Shown: positions 9,129-18,496 of the stretch, piece by piece
Layout: the number at the start of each line of letters is the position of its first letter
Numbering within the stretch: the stretch's first letter is position 1
NCBI GenBank assembly: GCA_964489045.1
Contig: CAZAXI010000002.1
Span: 21,375 to 85,374 of the forward strand
DNA: 64,000 bases
Direction of reading: 5' to 3'
Source of the DNA: an uncultured Granulicella sp.
GTDB lineage: Bacteria; Acidobacteriota; Terriglobia; Terriglobales; Acidobacteriaceae
Position numbers and translations under genes: made by a program
Notes under the pieces: generated by a model
The model's database searches: none
What the model saw: only the letters and a program-made list of their open reading frames with translations
What the model was told of the DNA's origin: nothing

Positions 9129-9692
9129 ATGCGCCTTATGCGTTCTGTTCTCGCCGTCTCCGTCCTCTCGCTCGTTGCCTTCACCGTATTTGTGCTCGCG
9201 ATCGAAGCCGGCCGCGCGCATGCGCAATCCAGGAGCGGCACCCTGGTCGTTCCCATCAAGACGTCCAGCGGCGATGACGCCGGAACCGCCTCCTTCAAGG
9301 AGAGCAAGGACGGCAAGGAACTAACCATCAGCGTGAAGCTGAAGAACCTGCCGTTCGGCGAGCACGCGGTACACATCCACGCAAATCCCGTGTGCGATGC
9401 GCCCGACTTCAAGGGCGCCGGCGGGCACTTCAATCCCGAGAGCAAGCAGCACGGCATGGACAACCCGATGGGTCACCACGCCGGAGACATGCCGAAGAAC
9501 ATCTCCATCGGCGAAGACCACACCGGCGAGATCAGCTACAAGGTGGACTACTTGACGCTGGCGGCGGGCGCGCCGAATTCAGTTCTCGGCCACTCGATTA
9601 TGGTGCATGAGAAGGCCGACGATATGAAGACCGATCCGACCGGCAACGCGGGCAATCGCATTGCCTGTGGCGTGATTCCCGCAGCCCAGTAA
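9129..9692 (+). CDS. sodC: Periplasmic Cu/Zn superoxide dismutase
   Basis: Signal peptide, HAVHIH, GGHFNP, HHAGD, HEKADD, GNRIACG. Confidence 0.92.
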   Translation: MRLMRSVLAVSVLSLVAFTVFVLAIEAGRAHAQSRSGTLVVPIKTSSGDDAGTASFKESKDGKELTISVKLKNLPFGEHAVHIHANPVCDAPDFKGAGGHFNPESKQHGMDNPMGHHAGDMPKNISIGEDHTGEISYKVDYLTLAAGAPNSVLGHSIMVHEKADDMKTDPTGNAGNRIACGVIPAAQ

Positions 9693-9871
9693 AGGGTTGC
9701 AGGTTGACAGTTGCAGGCTTTGTTTGTCGCAGCGGGTGGCTGTGATAAGACGCGCCGTTGCGTCCGTGGCGCGGGCCTATAATCGCGGCGAATTCAGAAA
9801 CACAAGTAACGGAGACCTTTGCGATTCTGGCCCACGAACGCCAGGAGCAGGCGGAATTCTGCAATGCAGAT

Positions 9872-9899
9872 TGAACGCCGGGGTTCCGGGCTGCGACTT
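9872..9899 (+). promoter_or_regulatory. Candidate ECF-type autoregulatory promoter (TGAAC-N17-CGAC)
   Basis: Lies ~20 bp upstream of the ECF sigma start and matches the GAAC/CG(T/A)C pattern of ECF promoters. Confidence 0.45.
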
Positions 9900-9918
9900 A
9901 AGCAGTGAACGGACCGAT

Positions 9919-10476
9919 ATGGAGAATGAGGACCGAGCACGGTACGAGTGGCTGGCGCTGCGCTGTCAGGCGGGCGATCCGGGGGCTTTTGAGGACCTCG
10001 TCGCCGTGATGGAACGGCCGCTGCTCTACTACGCCACCAGTCTGACCGGCAATAAGGACGACGGGCTCGACGTGTTGCAGGATGTGTGGATTCGCGTCCT
10101 GCGCCGCATCGGGGAGTTGCGCGAGCCGGCCGCGCTGCGGGCGTGGCTCTATCGGATCACGCATGGAGTTGCGGTGGACCGAATACGCCGCAGCCGCACG
10201 CGCGAGCGCGCCGAAGAGGATCAGTACGCGGAGTTCGATGAGTCCGAGGAGCCGTCGTTTGCAGAGGAGGATGCAGCCGCGATCCACGCGGCGCTGGGCG
10301 AGATCGGGCTAAAGCATCGCGAGGTGCTGGTGCTGCATTTTCTTCAGGATTTATCGATGGCCGACATCGGGCAGATCGTAGGGTGCTCCGAAGGCACCGT
10401 GCGGTCGCGGATTTTCTATGGGAAGAAAGCAATGAAGGAGATTTTGGAGAGAGGTGGTTATGGAAAAGCAAAATGA
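9919..10476 (+). CDS. ECF RNA polymerase sigma factor
   Basis: Region 2 (DVLQDVWIRV...AWLYRI) and region 4 (HREVLVLHFLQDLS...SEGTVRSRI). Confidence 0.92.
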   Translation: MENEDRARYEWLALRCQAGDPGAFEDLVAVMERPLLYYATSLTGNKDDGLDVLQDVWIRVLRRIGELREPAALRAWLYRITHGVAVDRIRRSRTRERAEEDQYAEFDESEEPSFAEEDAAAIHAALGEIGLKHREVLVLHFLQDLSMADIGQIVGCSEGTVRSRIFYGKKAMKEILERGGYGKAK

Positions 10477-10849
10477 CAACATTCGCGAGCGTTTGCTGGC
10501 GCGGATGCCGCAGCCCGAGAATCTTGCGGCCTACCGGGAAGAAACGGCGTCACTGTTGGCGAAACACGAGAAAGCGCTGTTCTGGGAGAAGATGCCGTCC
10601 ACAGTGCTTGCCGTGAGTGCAGTCGCTATTCTGATTGCCAACTGGATCTGGGCGCATAAGATCGATGCGGTTGTGAGCCAGACAATGTGGTTCGGGATAG
10701 GCCTCTTGATGTTTGCAAGTATCCTTTCAGGCCTTAGGTACCTGATCTATCGCAGCAAGGTCGACCTGCTGAAGGAAGTGAAGCAGGTGCAGTTGCAGGT
10801 GCTGGAGCTGCAGGCGTCGCTGGAGAAGAACGGCAATGCGCGGGGCTGA
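10460..10849 (+). CDS. Two-TM membrane protein, probable anti-sigma partner
   Basis: Overlaps the ECF gene end. Two hydrophobic helices and a C-terminal LKEVKQVQLQVLEL coil. Confidence 0.6.
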   Translation: MEKQNDNIRERLLARMPQPENLAAYREETASLLAKHEKALFWEKMPSTVLAVSAVAILIANWIWAHKIDAVVSQTMWFGIGLLMFASILSGLRYLIYRSKVDLLKEVKQVQLQVLELQASLEKNGNARG

Positions 10850-10882
10850 AATTCGCGCGGTCACGAGGGCTGAAAAAACATG

Positions 10883-10915
10883 TTGACTCTGGAAAGTGTA
10901 TGTTGTATACATACA
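10883..10915 (+). promoter_or_regulatory. Sigma70 promoter overlapped by a YtrA/GntR-type operator
   Basis: TTGACT-17bp-TATACA, with inverted repeat TGTATGT-N5-ACATACA (10897-10915) covering the -10. Confidence 0.65.
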
Positions 10916-10936
10916 GCAGACAGAGGAGATTGGGCG

Positions 10937-11323
10937 ATGTTTCTAACGCTGCATGAGAACGACAAACGGCCGATCTACCAGCAGATTACGGATGGGATCA
11001 AAGCCTTGATCGCCGGCGGCGGCCTGCGCGAGGGCATGACGCTGCCTTCGGTGCGGCAGGTGGCGGGCGATCTGGGCGTGAATCTGAATACGGTCGCGGT
11101 CGCGTACCGGCAGTTGCAGGACGAGGGTTTTGTGACGGTGCGGCATGGGGCGGGCGCGGTGATCTCGTCGCTGAGCGCGCGGCCGGTGGAGCGGGCTGAG
11201 CTTTACAAACCGCTGCAAACGGCGCTGACCCAGTTGGTCCTAAGTGGACTGACAGGCCGCGAGATTGTGGAGACTGTGCGGGAGCAGCTTGCACAGTTAC
11301 AACAGAAAGGGGGCACTCGATGA
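10937..11323 (+). CDS. GntR-family (YtrA subfamily) regulator
   Basis: PIYQQI...LPSVRQVAGDLGVNLNTVAVAYRQLQDEG with a short C-terminal domain. Confidence 0.9.
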   Translation: MFLTLHENDKRPIYQQITDGIKALIAGGGLREGMTLPSVRQVAGDLGVNLNTVAVAYRQLQDEGFVTVRHGAGAVISSLSARPVERAELYKPLQTALTQLVLSGLTGREIVETVREQLAQLQQKGGTR

Positions 11324-12303
11324 GTGCACCAAACGTAGTGGGAGTCTATGTCTTCATCATTTGCGTGATCGTGCCGGTGCTTGTCTATGCGCTGGTGAAG
11401 CAGCTCTGGAATCTGCCGCTGCAGAACGGGCCGGGCTACTTCTTTGGCGTCGAGGTTCCGGCGGGATTCTACGAAGGGCCGGGACGAAGCTGGATGGCGG
11501 GCTTCCACGCGATGGTGGTGGCGCTCTACGGTGTGCTTGCGGTGGGGCTGGGGGCGATCGTCGCGACGCGGCGGTGGGAGATGACTCCAGTGTGGGCCGG
11601 GGGCTTTGCGCTGGTGTTCGTGCCCGTGATGTTCGGCTTCCAGGCGTGGACGCGGCACAAGCTGGCGGTCAATCCGCCGGTGCGCCCGGTGGCTCTGGCG
11701 CTGGAGTCGCGGCGGCTGAGCGACTATATCTCGTGGCCGGCGGAGGCGCTGGCGGTGGCGCTGGTCGCGCTGAGCTGGTGGTTGCTGCTGCGTTACCCTG
11801 GACGGCATTTCGATTGGCTGACCCCTATGCAGCTTACGTGGGTGGCGCTGGGGACGATTCCGGGCAAGATGGCGATGGTAAAGATGAGCTGGCCGCTGCC
11901 GGCGGAGCGAACTGAAGAGCACTTCCAGCTTCAGGACGTTTCGAGGCGCTTCTGGATCCGTTTGTCCGGAATCTTATTTGAGTGGTTCATGGTGATCGTC
12001 CTGCTGGGCGTAGCGCTGCTGCATGCAGCAGCCGCGGTCCACCATCCGCCGCAGGCGTGGCGCTGGCTGGCGCAGGCTTCGATGTTCGCGGTGTGGGGAT
12101 ACGGCATGGTCGTGATGTTCCGCGGGATGCAGGAGATGAAAGCGATGGGCCGCGATCTGCGCCCGGCGGGAAGCTGGAAGACGCCGTTCGGGCGCGCGTC
12201 GTGTTTCGGGACTGGCCGGGCGTTTCTGATCTGGTTTGCGGTCTGGTTCGGCGGCATTCTGGCTTTCATCGTGTATTCGATTTGCAAGCACGGTCTTAGA
12301 TGA
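11320..12303 (+). CDS. Polytopic membrane protein co-transcribed with the YtrA-type regulator
   Basis: ATGA overlap with gntR, ~8 hydrophobic segments, YFFGVEVP motif. Confidence 0.7.
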   Translation: MSAPNVVGVYVFIICVIVPVLVYALVKQLWNLPLQNGPGYFFGVEVPAGFYEGPGRSWMAGFHAMVVALYGVLAVGLGAIVATRRWEMTPVWAGGFALVFVPVMFGFQAWTRHKLAVNPPVRPVALALESRRLSDYISWPAEALAVALVALSWWLLLRYPGRHFDWLTPMQLTWVALGTIPGKMAMVKMSWPLPAERTEEHFQLQDVSRRFWIRLSGILFEWFMVIVLLGVALLHAAAAVHHPPQAWRWLAQASMFAVWGYGMVVMFRGMQEMKAMGRDLRPAGSWKTPFGRASCFGTGRAFLIWFAVWFGGILAFIVYSICKHGLR

Positions 12304-12343
12304 GGCCCGGACCTATCTCACTAGCAGGAACGGGCAAGGGCGC

Positions 12344-12376
12344 AATACGGGGATTCTTCGCTGCGCTCAGAATGGC
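12344..12376. repeat. REP-like palindromic element (copy 1)
   Basis: AATACGGGGATTCTTCGCTGCGCTCAGAATGGC. Shares AATACGG..ATTCT and CAGAATG.C flanks with 21588-21630. Confidence 0.55.
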
Positions 12377-12405
12377 AGGGATCGAGGCATAGGATGGGGA
12401 GTGTC

Positions 12406-13485
12406 ATGGAAAAACCTCTAGGGCGAAAACTGAGTGTTGGCGTACTGTTTGCCGCGACGGCATGGATGGTCCCGAGCGCGCCGGTTGCGTTTGGACAGGC
12501 GGCTGCGGCACCGCAGACCGCACCTGGCGCGCAAGCCGCAGCGGCTCCGCAAGCGCCCGCGGCGAAGCTGGAGTTCGATGTGGCGACGGTGCGGCCATCG
12601 GCGCCGCTGGATGTGCAGAAGCTGACGGCTGACATGCAGGCCGGCAAGATGCCGAACTTCGGCGTCCACATCAACGGATCGCGGGCCGAGTACAACTACA
12701 CGACAATGAAAACCCTGATCGCCAGCGCATTCAAGGTGAAGGAGTATCAGGTTACCGGGCCGGCGTGGCTGGCGACCGACCACTTCGATGTAGTGGCCAA
12801 GATGCCCGACGGGTCAACCAAGGACGACGCGCCGGCGATGCTGCGGTCGCTGCTGGCGGACCGCTTCAAGCTGGCAGCGCACAAGGAGACGAAGGAGCAT
12901 CCGGTGCTGGCGCTGGTGGTGGGCAAGGGCGGTCCGAAGATGAAGGAGTCTCCGGGAGACGCTGCGCCCATCGACCCGGATTCGCCGCTGAAGTCGGGCG
13001 AGATACAGATGGACACCCCGGATGGGCCGGCGCGCATGACCATTGACATGAAGAACGGCGGCGCGACCATCAACATGGGCACCAAGGGGACAGTCACCTA
13101 CAGCATGGACCCGCAGAGCATGATGATGCGTATTGTTTCCAGCAAGACCACCATGGCGGCGCTGGCCGACACCCTGACCCAGATGATGACGGCGATGGGC
13201 GGCGGCAGCGGGCGCGAGGTCCTGGACATGACCGAGTTGAAGGGAAATTACGAGGTGGCACTGGAGTTCTCGCTGGCAGACATGATGGCGGCGGCGCGCA
13301 CGCAGGGTGTGGACGTGCCGGGCGCGCCTGCGGGCGGAGCAGCGGCGGCAGAGGCATCCGATCCAGGCGGCGGGACGAGCGTATCGGCTTCCGTGGAGAA
13401 ACTCGGCCTGAAGCTGGAATCGCGCAAGGCCCCGGTGGAGCAGGTCGTGGTCGACAGCGTGGAGAAGACGCCCACGGAAAACTGA
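12406..13485 (+). CDS. Secreted TIGR03435/DUF3738-like acidobacterial protein
   Basis: Signal peptide, FDVATVRPS, GPAWL..DHFDVVAK, LLADRFKL..H.E, LGLKLESRKAPVE..VVD..EK.PTEN. Confidence 0.85.
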   Translation: MEKPLGRKLSVGVLFAATAWMVPSAPVAFGQAAAAPQTAPGAQAAAAPQAPAAKLEFDVATVRPSAPLDVQKLTADMQAGKMPNFGVHINGSRAEYNYTTMKTLIASAFKVKEYQVTGPAWLATDHFDVVAKMPDGSTKDDAPAMLRSLLADRFKLAAHKETKEHPVLALVVGKGGPKMKESPGDAAPIDPDSPLKSGEIQMDTPDGPARMTIDMKNGGATINMGTKGTVTYSMDPQSMMMRIVSSKTTMAALADTLTQMMTAMGGGSGREVLDMTELKGNYEVALEFSLADMMAAARTQGVDVPGAPAGGAAAAEASDPGGGTSVSASVEKLGLKLESRKAPVEQVVVDSVEKTPTEN

Positions 13486-13489
13486 GAAA

Positions 13490-13584
13490 GACAGTTCTCA
13501 GTTCTTAGTTGGCAGTTGAAGGCGGTGTCGATCGCGGGCTCCCGTCCCAGAATGATCACTGCCAACTGACAACTGAGAACTGTC
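13490..13584. repeat. 27-bp imperfect inverted repeat built from heptamer units
   Basis: GACAGTTCTCAGTTCTTAGTTGGCAGT (13490-13516) vs ACTGCCAACTGACAACTGAGAACTGTC (13558-13584): 2 mismatches, 41-nt loop. Confidence 0.85.
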
Positions 13585-13596
13585 AACTGTCCTATT

Positions 13597-13622
13597 GGAA
13601 CCAACCATGATGCCCCTGCGTA
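13597..13622 (+). promoter_or_regulatory. ECF promoter GGAAC-N17-CGTA
   Basis: Canonical SigE/SigW-type elements ending 9 nt before ATG 13632. Confidence 0.65.
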
Positions 13623-13631
13623 TAGTGCCGC

Positions 13632-14465
13632 ATGGGTGTTCTGCACATGGCGATGCCGGCGGCGGGGATCATGCCCCGCACCCCGAAGGCGAAGCGCGGC
13701 GCGGCGATTCGTATGGCCGGACGGGATGCAGTGGTTCAAGAGGCAGGCCATGTGGTTCCGCGAAGCGGTACACTTCTGCAAACGGCCCACCCCACCCCGC
13801 ACCCTCCTGTGAGGGATTTGGAACGGCCAAGGTATGAGGCAACTTTGCAGCGCACGCCCGAACAGGAAGCCGCGCAGGAGGCACTTGGCAGGCTGGTCCG
13901 CCAGTGCATGGCGGGCGATCAGCAGGCCTGGCAGCAGCTGGTCGTCTCGCAACACCGGCGCATCTATGCCATCTGCTACCGGTTTACGGGATCGTCCGCG
14001 GACGCCGAGGACCTGACCCAGGACGTCTTCCTCAAGCTCTACCGCAATCTGGCCAGCTTCGACACCCACAAGGGCAGCTTCCAGACGTGGATCACCACGC
14101 TGGCGCGCAACCTGCTGGTGGACCACTTCCGCCGCACGCGCGCCGACCGCGCCACCGACTCGCTGGACGCCACCTTCACAGCCGACGGCGACGGTGCTAC
14201 GCTGGGCGACCGGCTGGCTGACCCGCGTCCGTCGCAGGAGAGTCACGCGTCGGGGCTGGAGCTGAAGGCGCGGATCCAGCAGGCGCTGGCGCAGCTTTCG
14301 CCGGAACTGCGCGAGGCGGTGGTCTTCCGCGATCTGGAAGACATGGATTACAAAGAGATTGCGCAGGTCCTGCGCATCCCGGAGGGGACGGTGAAGAGCC
14401 GGATCAGCCGGGGCCGCGGGGAACTTGCAAGGCTTTTGCAACGTATAGAAGGGCAGGTGGTTTAG
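13632..14465 (+). CDS. ECF sigma factor (SigE/SigW-like); start uncertain
   Basis: DAEDLTQDVFLKLY, FQTWITTLARN, YKEIAQVLRIPEGTVKSRISRGR. Confidence 0.92.
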   Translation: MGVLHMAMPAAGIMPRTPKAKRGAAIRMAGRDAVVQEAGHVVPRSGTLLQTAHPTPHPPVRDLERPRYEATLQRTPEQEAAQEALGRLVRQCMAGDQQAWQQLVVSQHRRIYAICYRFTGSSADAEDLTQDVFLKLYRNLASFDTHKGSFQTWITTLARNLLVDHFRRTRADRATDSLDATFTADGDGATLGDRLADPRPSQESHASGLELKARIQQALAQLSPELREAVVFRDLEDMDYKEIAQVLRIPEGTVKSRISRGRGELARLLQRIEGQVV

Positions 14466-15473
14466 GTGACAGACAGCAGACAATTCCGCAACCCGAAGGT
14501 TTTACAGTTCGGGGACAAGACCGGAGGCGACCGGTCTGGCGACAGCGGGCACTGTGCGCAGTGTGAGGCGATGCTGGCCGACGCGCTGGACGGCACACTC
14601 TCGGCCGCCGACCAGGAAGTCTTTGACGGGCACATGGCCGAATGCGGGCCATGCAGCCAGTTGCTGGCGGACGCGCGACGGGGTGCGGCTTTTCTGGAGA
14701 TGCTGCGGAAGCCCGCGCCGGAGCCTCCGGCCGCACTGCTGGAGCGCATTCTGGCGCAAACCAGCGGACAGGCCGGTCTGGCCGTCCCGGGTGCGATCCC
14801 AATACCCGCGCAGCCGTCCGGACAATACGGCATCGCGGCGCTGGTTCCGGCCCAGGCGGTCGCCGGAGCGGTGTATGGCAACGTGATTCCGTTCCCGCGG
14901 CGCGTGGCTACAGCTTTCCGGACCAGTTCGTTCGGCCAGATCATGCTGCAGCCGCGCCTGGCCATGACCGCGGCGATGGCGTTCTTTTCCATCGCGCTGA
15001 CCATGAACCTTACCGGCGTGCATCTGCAGGACCTGCGCGCCAGCGACCTGAAACCGAGCAGTCTGAAGCGCGACATTACCAGCGCCAACGCCAGTGTGGT
15101 CCGCTACTACGAAGGGCTGCGCATGGTCTATGTGTTGGAGTCGCGGGTGCACGATCTGGAGAGCGCCCAGGACTTCGACGCGACTCAGCCGGTTGGCCCG
15201 AGCGCACCCGCCAATACCAGTCAGGCTCCTTCGGCCCAGCCCGGCCCGCCTCAGCAACCCGACCCGCAGAAGGCCGCGCCGCAGCCTCGAAATGACCAGC
15301 CTGGCAGTAACCAGCCCGGTGGCGGTTCGCCTGGGCGCAAGCAGATTGCTCCGAGCCCGTACCTGAGCCGCCGCGAGGACCTGAGGCAGACCCGCCGTCT
15401 CCTGGTGGCGGAAGAGAGCGCCGGGAACCCGGGCCGTACGGCGCCTGCACGCATAGAAAGGACACTGGTATGA
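14466..15473 (+). CDS. Zinc-binding anti-sigma factor (zf-HC2) with TM helix
   Basis: HMAECGPC (HxxxCxxC), one TM segment, Pro-rich C-terminus. Directly follows the sigma gene. Confidence 0.85.
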   Translation: MTDSRQFRNPKVLQFGDKTGGDRSGDSGHCAQCEAMLADALDGTLSAADQEVFDGHMAECGPCSQLLADARRGAAFLEMLRKPAPEPPAALLERILAQTSGQAGLAVPGAIPIPAQPSGQYGIAALVPAQAVAGAVYGNVIPFPRRVATAFRTSSFGQIMLQPRLAMTAAMAFFSIALTMNLTGVHLQDLRASDLKPSSLKRDITSANASVVRYYEGLRMVYVLESRVHDLESAQDFDATQPVGPSAPANTSQAPSAQPGPPQQPDPQKAAPQPRNDQPGSNQPGGGSPGRKQIAPSPYLSRREDLRQTRRLLVAEESAGNPGRTAPARIERTLV

Positions 15474-16726
15474 ACTGCGCCAATCATCCCGATCATGAGC
15501 GCGCTGCCTTCTGCCAGCACTGCGGAAAGCCGCTTTGCACCGAATGCGTTCGCAACGTGGGAACCTCCGTCTTCTGCGAACCCTGCCTGGCCGCCCGCGT
15601 GGCGGGCACTGTGCCGCCGGCTGGTTACGGCTACCCCGGCGCACACGGTTATCCGCCCGCCGGAGCGCCTGCCGGGCCACCTTCCACGCCGGGTGAACCC
15701 CATCCAGGGCTTGCCGCGTTGCTTGGCTTCATCCCCGGCGTCGGCGCGATGTACAACGAGCAGTATGCCAAGGGCATCGTGCATCTGATCGTGTTTGCGA
15801 TCTTGATCATGCTGGCCGACGAGAACGGGATCTTCGGGCTTTTCATTGCGGGCTGGATTTGCTACATGGCGATCGAGGCGTACCACACCGCGCGCGCCCG
15901 CCGCGACGGAACGCCGCTGCCCAATCCATTCGGGCTGAACGACCTGTCCGAGCGGCTCGGCTTCGGCAGGGCGTGGCCCAGCGGCGTACCGCAGCCGCCT
16001 CAACCCGGCGCGGCGCCAACCCCTGGCACCCCAACGCAGGGCCCCGGCGCACCCGATCCCAATGCGCCGCCGGCGAATCCATACACACCACCCTACAGCT
16101 ACAACTACAGCTACAGCTACGTACCGCCGACTGCGCAGTGGGCCGTGCCGCCGGACGCAAGCGCGTATGGTGTGCCTCCAACCCCGCCGGTGCCGCCGAT
16201 TCCGCCTACGCCCCAGTATCCGGATCCGAATCTGCCTTTCTACCACCGCTTCCCGTCGGCGGCGATCTGGCTGATTGCGCTCGGCGCGTTGTTTCTGATC
16301 GGGAACATCCCTGTCTTTCATATGATTCGCGGCCGGCTGCTGGTTCCCGTCCTGCTGATCGCCATCGGCGTGTGGCTGTTCGTTCGCAGGATGATTTCGA
16401 CTGGCCAGGGTTTCGAGAGCGATGGCACCGCCTACTATTCCTGGCGTCTGCGGCGTGCGCTCAACGGCTCCTTCTGGTGGGTGTTCATCGGCATCATCTG
16501 GCTGCTGCATGCGTTGCGTATCCTGTCGCTCGCGCATAGCTGGCCGCTGTTCCTGATTGTCGGCGGCGTCATGATGTTCGTGGGGCGCGCGGTGTACCCC
16601 GGCGGCTACGGCTACATGCCTCCTCCCGGAGCAACCGCGCCGCCTGCAGCGCCGGCGACCACCACGGATCTCGCTCCGGTTGAGCCCCAGGCACAGCCGG
16701 GCAGCAGCGACCAGGAAGGACGGTAA
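15470..16726 (+). CDS. B-box zinc finger membrane protein with LiaF/DUF5668-like TM modules
   Basis: CANHPD...CQHCGKPLCTEC...CEPC, GFIPGVGAMYN, SWPLFLI. Confidence 0.8.
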   Translation: MNCANHPDHERAAFCQHCGKPLCTECVRNVGTSVFCEPCLAARVAGTVPPAGYGYPGAHGYPPAGAPAGPPSTPGEPHPGLAALLGFIPGVGAMYNEQYAKGIVHLIVFAILIMLADENGIFGLFIAGWICYMAIEAYHTARARRDGTPLPNPFGLNDLSERLGFGRAWPSGVPQPPQPGAAPTPGTPTQGPGAPDPNAPPANPYTPPYSYNYSYSYVPPTAQWAVPPDASAYGVPPTPPVPPIPPTPQYPDPNLPFYHRFPSAAIWLIALGALFLIGNIPVFHMIRGRLLVPVLLIAIGVWLFVRRMISTGQGFESDGTAYYSWRLRRALNGSFWWVFIGIIWLLHALRILSLAHSWPLFLIVGGVMMFVGRAVYPGGYGYMPPPGATAPPAAPATTTDLAPVEPQAQPGSSDQEGR

Positions 16727-16729
16727 GTC

Positions 16730-18403
16730 ATGGCCAGCTATCCTCCTCCTCCAGGTGTTCCGCCCGTACTGCCTCCCACACCTCCGCCCGGATACGATCC
16801 CCGCGAGCAACGGCGTTTCTTCCGCGAGCAGGCTCGCGCCCAGCGCGCCGCGTGGCGTGCGCAGCGGGACGAGATGCGCTACCGGATGCGCTCGATGCGC
16901 CGGCGCTCCGTGCTTGGACCCATTCTGTTGATTGCGATCGGCGTCGTCTTTCTGCTGATCGAGACCGGCCACATAGACCACAGCCGTTTCTGGGAGTGGT
17001 ATGGGCACTGGTGGCCGCTGGTGCTGGTCTGCGCAGGCGCAGTAGTGCTGGCCGAGTGGGCGCTTGATCAGGCTGCGATGCGCGACCCGCAACATCCGGT
17101 GTACCGCCGTTCCGTCGGCAGCGGCGTTGTCTTTCTGCTGGTGATCTTCGCGTTCATAGGCCTGATCGCCAATCACAACCTCGGGTTTCCTTCCGGCTAC
17201 AGCAAACTGTTTCCCGGCTTCCACTTTGACCAGAATTCCTTCGATGAGCTGTTCGGCGACAAGCATGAGTCGGACCAGTTGCTCGACGTGGCGCTGCCGG
17301 CCGGCGGCTCACTCACCGTAGACAACCCGCGCGGCGACGTCACCATCAGCGGCACCAGCGATGACGGGCGAATCCACATCGCGCTGCACAAGCAGATCTA
17401 TGCGCGTTCGGACGCGGAGGCGGATTCCAAAGCCCAGCAGCTCAGCCCGGCTATCACCACGGAAGGCAATGCCGTCTCTATCAAGATGCCGGCGCTCGAC
17501 GGCGCGCGCGGCGACCTGATGATTACCGTGCCGGCTGCCGCGGCCACCACGATCAATGCCAACCGCGGCGACATCCACGTGGCCTCCATCAAGGCGCCGG
17601 TCACCACCACCGCCAACCATGGCGACATCGATCTCTCCGCTATTACCGGCGCGGCCACCGTACACATCAATAACGGGGGCTCGTCCATCAGCGCGCACAG
17701 CATCGACGGCGGCCTTTCCATCCAGGGCCACGCCGAAGATGTAACGCTGTCGGATATTATCGGGTCCGTCACCGTTACCGGAGAGTACTTCGGGACGACG
17801 CATGTGGAACACATCGCCGGCTCGTTCCATTTCCACACCAGCCGCACCGACTTTCAACTGGCGCGGCTGGATGGCGAACTGGAGATCAGCCCCGACATGA
17901 ACCTCTCAGCGGACCAGGCAATGGGCCCTGTGGTGCTGACCACACGCGACCGCAACATCACACTGGATCGCGTGGCCGGCGACATCTCGGTGACCAACCA
18001 CGACGGATCGATCAACGTGACCGCTGCGCCTGCGCTGGGCAACATTACGCTGGAAGACCGTGACGGTTCGATCCACACGACGCTCCCGGAACAGGCGAAC
18101 TTCTCGATGCAGGCGAGCACCAGCGACGGAAACATCGACACCGACTTCGCGTTGACGACGCGAAGCAGCGACAACGGGCGCACGCTAACCGGCTCGGTCG
18201 GCTCCGGCGGACCGATGGTGCACCTGACGACCACGGACGGCGACATCAGCGTGCACAAGGGCGATGTGCAGCCGCTGCCGCCGACGCCTCCGGCACCGCC
18301 GAAGATCACACTGACTCCGCCGGCTGCGCCCAAAGCGCCCAAGGCACCGAAAGCTCCCTCTGCCGCGAAGGCCCCAGCCGCGCCGGCTGCTCCTTCCAAC
18401 TAA
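16730..18403 (+). CDS. Membrane-anchored DUF4097 (adhesin-like beta-solenoid) protein with LiaF-like N-terminal TMs
   Basis: GPILLIAIGVVFLL and WWPLVLV TM segments, followed by repeated T.nGdI.v units. Confidence 0.82.
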   Translation: MASYPPPPGVPPVLPPTPPPGYDPREQRRFFREQARAQRAAWRAQRDEMRYRMRSMRRRSVLGPILLIAIGVVFLLIETGHIDHSRFWEWYGHWWPLVLVCAGAVVLAEWALDQAAMRDPQHPVYRRSVGSGVVFLLVIFAFIGLIANHNLGFPSGYSKLFPGFHFDQNSFDELFGDKHESDQLLDVALPAGGSLTVDNPRGDVTISGTSDDGRIHIALHKQIYARSDAEADSKAQQLSPAITTEGNAVSIKMPALDGARGDLMITVPAAAATTINANRGDIHVASIKAPVTTTANHGDIDLSAITGAATVHINNGGSSISAHSIDGGLSIQGHAEDVTLSDIIGSVTVTGEYFGTTHVEHIAGSFHFHTSRTDFQLARLDGELEISPDMNLSADQAMGPVVLTTRDRNITLDRVAGDISVTNHDGSINVTAAPALGNITLEDRDGSIHTTLPEQANFSMQASTSDGNIDTDFALTTRSSDNGRTLTGSVGSGGPMVHLTTTDGDISVHKGDVQPLPPTPPAPPKITLTPPAAPKAPKAPKAPSAAKAPAAPAAPSN

Positions 18404-18431
18404 GAGCGAAACGAGCCAACTAAGAAAGCGC

Positions 18432-18472
18432 AACGCGGCGCGGGATGAGAAGGTCATCCCGCGCCACGTTTT
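18432..18472 (+). terminator. Intrinsic terminator after the ECF operon
   Basis: AACGCGGCGCGGGATGA-GAAGG-TCATCCCGCGCCACGTTTT stem-loop between convergent genes. Confidence 0.75.
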
Positions 18473-18496
18473 GTCGATTGCAGTCGAGTGCGGCGA

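Noticed and set aside
16094..16120. (CTACAG/CTACAA)n hexamer run
   Set aside because: Encodes a YSYNYSYSY low-complexity stretch in a Pro-rich linker. In-frame, so not a phase-variation tract.
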